DNA of 31,574 nucleotides from Neisseriaceae bacterium (GTDB lineage Bacteria; Pseudomonadota; Gammaproteobacteria; Burkholderiales; Neisseriaceae): NCBI GenBank assembly GCA_017518785.1, contig JAFWUA010000159.1, positions 1 to 31,574 of the forward strand, read 5' to 3'. Shown piece by piece: positions 29,123 to 31,574 of this stretch (position 1 is its first letter; each line of letters starts with the position of its first letter). The notes under the pieces were generated by a model. It saw only the letters and a program-made list of their open reading frames with translations, ran no database searches and was not told where the DNA came from. The position numbers and the translations under genes were made by a program.

Positions 29123-29995
29123 ATGGCTTTTGCATCTCTTTTAACCTTATTAGATGATATTGCTACGACTCTTGACGATGTAGCAGTTATGACTAAATTA
29201 GCTGCCAAAAAAACGGTTGGCATAGTTGGTGATGACTTGGCTGTTAATGCCGAGCAAGTGATTGGTTCAACCGCAGATAGAGAATTGCCGATTGTATTTA
29301 AGGTTGGAATTGGTTCTTTAATCAATAAAGTTATTTTGGTTCCTTTGGCTTTGTTAATTTCAGCCATTGCACCTTGGTCAATTTCCGGATTGTTGATAAT
29401 TGGTGGTTGTTATTTATCATTTGAGGGTGCCGAAAAAATTCTCGACTTTCTGCATAAAAAAAGTAGTAAATCGTCAGAAACCAATATTACAAATTTTGAT
29501 GAAAAAACACGTATTAGAGGTGCTATTCGTACTGATTTTGTGCTATCAACTGAAATTATTGTAATTGCTTTAGGAGTTATTTCAGGCAGTCTATTAGAAA
29601 AAGCATTGGCATTAAGTATTATTGCTATTTTAATGACTGTTGGTGTATATGGGCTTGTAGCTTGTATTGTTAAAATAGATGATGTTGGATTGTGGCTAAT
29701 TAGAAAGCCTTTTGCAATAGCAAAATTAGTGGGACATTTTTTTGTATCGTTGATGCCGTATATTATGAAGTTTCTTACAATTGCCGGTACAATTGCAATG
29801 TTAATGGTTGGCGGAAGTATTATTCTGCATAATGGCTTACATAATATTGCTCACTCTTTGGAATCAATTTCTCCTCATTGGTTAGAGGTTTTATTGTCAT
29901 CTTTGATAGTACCTATTGTAGTTAGTTTTATTGTGGGATTAATTTTAATTGGTGTTGTAAAATTAAAGGAAAAAACTTTTTCCGGCAGTGTATAG
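29123..29995 (+). CDS. DUF808 (YedI-like) inner membrane protein
   Basis: LLTLLDDIATTLDDVAVMTK, GIVGDDLAVNA, RELPIV, GAIRTDFVLS and AMLMVGGSI. Confidence 0.9.
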   Translation: MAFASLLTLLDDIATTLDDVAVMTKLAAKKTVGIVGDDLAVNAEQVIGSTADRELPIVFKVGIGSLINKVILVPLALLISAIAPWSISGLLIIGGCYLSFEGAEKILDFLHKKSSKSSETNITNFDEKTRIRGAIRTDFVLSTEIIVIALGVISGSLLEKALALSIIAILMTVGVYGLVACIVKIDDVGLWLIRKPFAIAKLVGHFFVSLMPYIMKFLTIAGTIAMLMVGGSIILHNGLHNIAHSLESISPHWLEVLLSSLIVPIVVSFIVGLILIGVVKLKEKTFSGSV

Positions 29996-30033
29996 AAAAA
30001 CAAAAGATACGCAATATTCTGTTTTTAGTTGTT

Positions 30034-30642
30034 TTAATTTAACAATATTGTTAATTTTTCTGTTAATTTTTCTGCTACTTTTGTCCATTCAGGGGCTGGG
30101 TGTATAAAGTCTGCGATTTGAGTCATTTGCAAACCAGCGTAGCCACATGGATTAATTTGCAAAAATGGGCTTAAATCCATATCAACATTAAGAGCAACAC
30201 CGTGATAAGTTGCACCGTTTTTAATGCGTAAGCCTAACGATGCGATTTTTTTGCCGTTTTCGGTATAAACGCCGGGTCGTTTAGGGTCAGCAGTCGATGG
30301 AATTTTATAATCTGCCAAAGTTGCAATTACCGCATTTTCTATACGGCTTACCAGTTCTCTAACTGAAATATTGCGACGTTTGAAATCAATTAAAACATAT
30401 ACCACTACTTGCCCTGTGCCGTGATAGGTAATTTGTCCGCCACGGTCGGTTTCAATCACAGGAATTGTGCTTGCTTGTAATAAATGTTCAGGACGACCAG
30501 CCTTGCCTTGTGTAAATACAGGTGAATGTTCCACCACCCATAATTCATCTTCTGTATTTATTGTGCGTTGCAAGGTAAAAGCCTGCATTTGTTCAAATAC
30601 AGGCATATAAGGTAGGTTGCGTCCTAAATATTTGATATTCAT
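30034..30642 (-). CDS. lipB: Lipoyl(octanoyl) transferase
   Basis: [36 protein letters not shown] and INPCG. Confidence 0.95.
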   Translation of the reverse strand: MNIKYLGRNLPYMPVFEQMQAFTLQRTINTEDELWVVEHSPVFTQGKAGRPEHLLQASTIPVIETDRGGQITYHGTGQVVVYVLIDFKRRNISVRELVSRIENAVIATLADYKIPSTADPKRPGVYTENGKKIASLGLRIKNGATYHGVALNVDMDLSPFLQINPCGYAGLQMTQIADFIHPAPEWTKVAEKLTEKLTILLN

Positions 30643-30667
30643 GTTTTTTATACAAGTGATTTAATAC

Positions 30668-31573
30668 TTACCCCACAGTCGCTCCGTTTTGGGCTTTGCT
30701 ATCCACATCTAACAAAAACAATTTTCCGCCGCTTGACGCAGATAACAACATACCTTCGCTCACCCCGAATTTTGCCATTTTTCTGGGGGCGAAATTGACG
30801 ACTGCGATGACTTTGCGTCCGACTAACTCCTGTGGATTTGGATAACTTTGGGCAATGCCTGAAAAAATGGTGCGTTGTTCAAAGCCTAAATCTATTTGAA
30901 ATTTCAATAACTTATTACTTCCTTCAACCGCTTCGCAGGATAACACTTCGCCCACGCGCATATCGACTTTGGCAAAATCGTCAAAGGAAACCATCGGTGC
31001 AACAGGCTCGAAATCGCTTGCTTTTTCAGGAACAACCGCATGGGCAGCCTGAATACTTTGTTTGTTGGCTTCAATCAATTTATCGATTTGCATTTGTTCC
31101 ACGCGTTTCATTAAGTGTTTGTATTCATTGATGATGTGGTTTTCAGGCAGCGTTTGTGTTGCGTCTTGCCATTGCAAGGCAGGAATATTCAAAAATTCAG
31201 CCACTGCAAGAGAAGTCGCAGGCAAAATCGGCGATAAATACACGCTTAACACTTTGAATGCATTGATTAACACCGAACACACTTCGTGTAATTTTTCGTC
31301 CGCTCCGTCTTGTTTAGCCAATTCCCACGGCTTGTTTGCGTCCGTGTATTCATTCACCGTATCTGCCAAAAGCATAATCTCACGCAAAGCCCGTGCGTAT
31401 TCTCGTTCTTCGTAAAATGAAGCAATTTCTTCTGCTTTTGCTTGTAAATCAGCAATGAGTGAATGGCTCGCAACATTTTTCAGGCTGCCTGAAAAGCGTT
31501 TTTTAATAAAACCAGCACTTCGTGCAGCAATGTTGATGTATTTACCGACTAAATCGCTATTCACACGATTGAT
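30668..31573 (-). CDS. metG: Methionyl-tRNA synthetase, C-terminal part (anticodon-binding and tRNA-binding domains; 5' end outside window)
   Basis: [36 protein letters not shown] and [20 protein letters not shown]; frame is open to the window edge. Confidence 0.95.
   Translation of the reverse strand: MNRVNSDLVGKYINIAARSAGFIKKRFSGSLKNVASHSLIADLQAKAEEIASFYEEREYARALREIMLLADTVNEYTDANKPWELAKQDGADEKLHEVCSVLINAFKVLSVYLSPILPATSLAVAEFLNIPALQWQDATQTLPENHIINEYKHLMKRVEQMQIDKLIEANKQSIQAAHAVVPEKASDFEPVAPMVSFDDFAKVDMRVGEVLSCEAVEGSNKLLKFQIDLGFEQRTIFSGIAQSYPNPQELVGRKVIAVVNFAPRKMAKFGVSEGMLLSASSGGKLFLLDVDSKAQNGATVG
31044..31493. repeat. sim/king-type DUS copies inside metG
   Basis: GCAGCCTGAA at 31044-31053; GCTGCCTGAA on the minus strand at 31142-31151; TTCAGGCTGCCTGAA at 31479-31493 (AGGCTGCCTGAA on plus, AGGCAGCCTGAA on minus). 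Confidence 0.85.
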
Positions 31574-31574
31574 A

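Noticed and set aside
29581-29592. Hybrid motif AGACTGCCTGAA (minus strand) in the DUF808 gene as a foreign DUS
   Set aside because: Single occurrence, not a 10-mer match to described dialects, and explainable as a mutated host motif or chance ISGSL codons.

Overview
AT-rich, mostly housekeeping segment of what looks like a rod-shaped Neisseriaceae-type betaproteobacterium (inference from protein sequences, gene order and a DNA-uptake-sequence-like repeat). Gene order: partial C39 peptidase; mreB-mreC-mreD-mrdA-rodA-pcnB-folK (minus); gatC, gatA, TMEM165/GDT1 transporter, two YbjQ-family genes; lgt, nth, pepN, tetrapyrrole-methylase-family gene, maf; yceD-rpmF-plsX, a stop-interrupted small Cys-rich gene, proC, greB; an accessory RTX locus (mosaic RTX remnant, membrane protein, 1199-aa RTX protein); nif3, tRNA-Thr(UGU), lysO-family, DUF808, lipB, partial metG. 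Main non-gene signals: (1) a dense 12-mer, AGTCTGCCGGAA (21 exact copies and about 39 copies of the core CTGCCGGAA by hand count, six inverted pairs), that behaves like a DUS but lacks the CTG core shared by the described Neisseriaceae dialects; (2) metG carries sim/king-type DUS instead, suggesting import from another Neisseriaceae; (3) four copies of a ~131-bp TIR-bounded, REP-like miniature element; (4) an RTX locus organised like a polymorphic system with a variable N-terminus. All counts are manual and family assignments are from motif recognition, not database searches.
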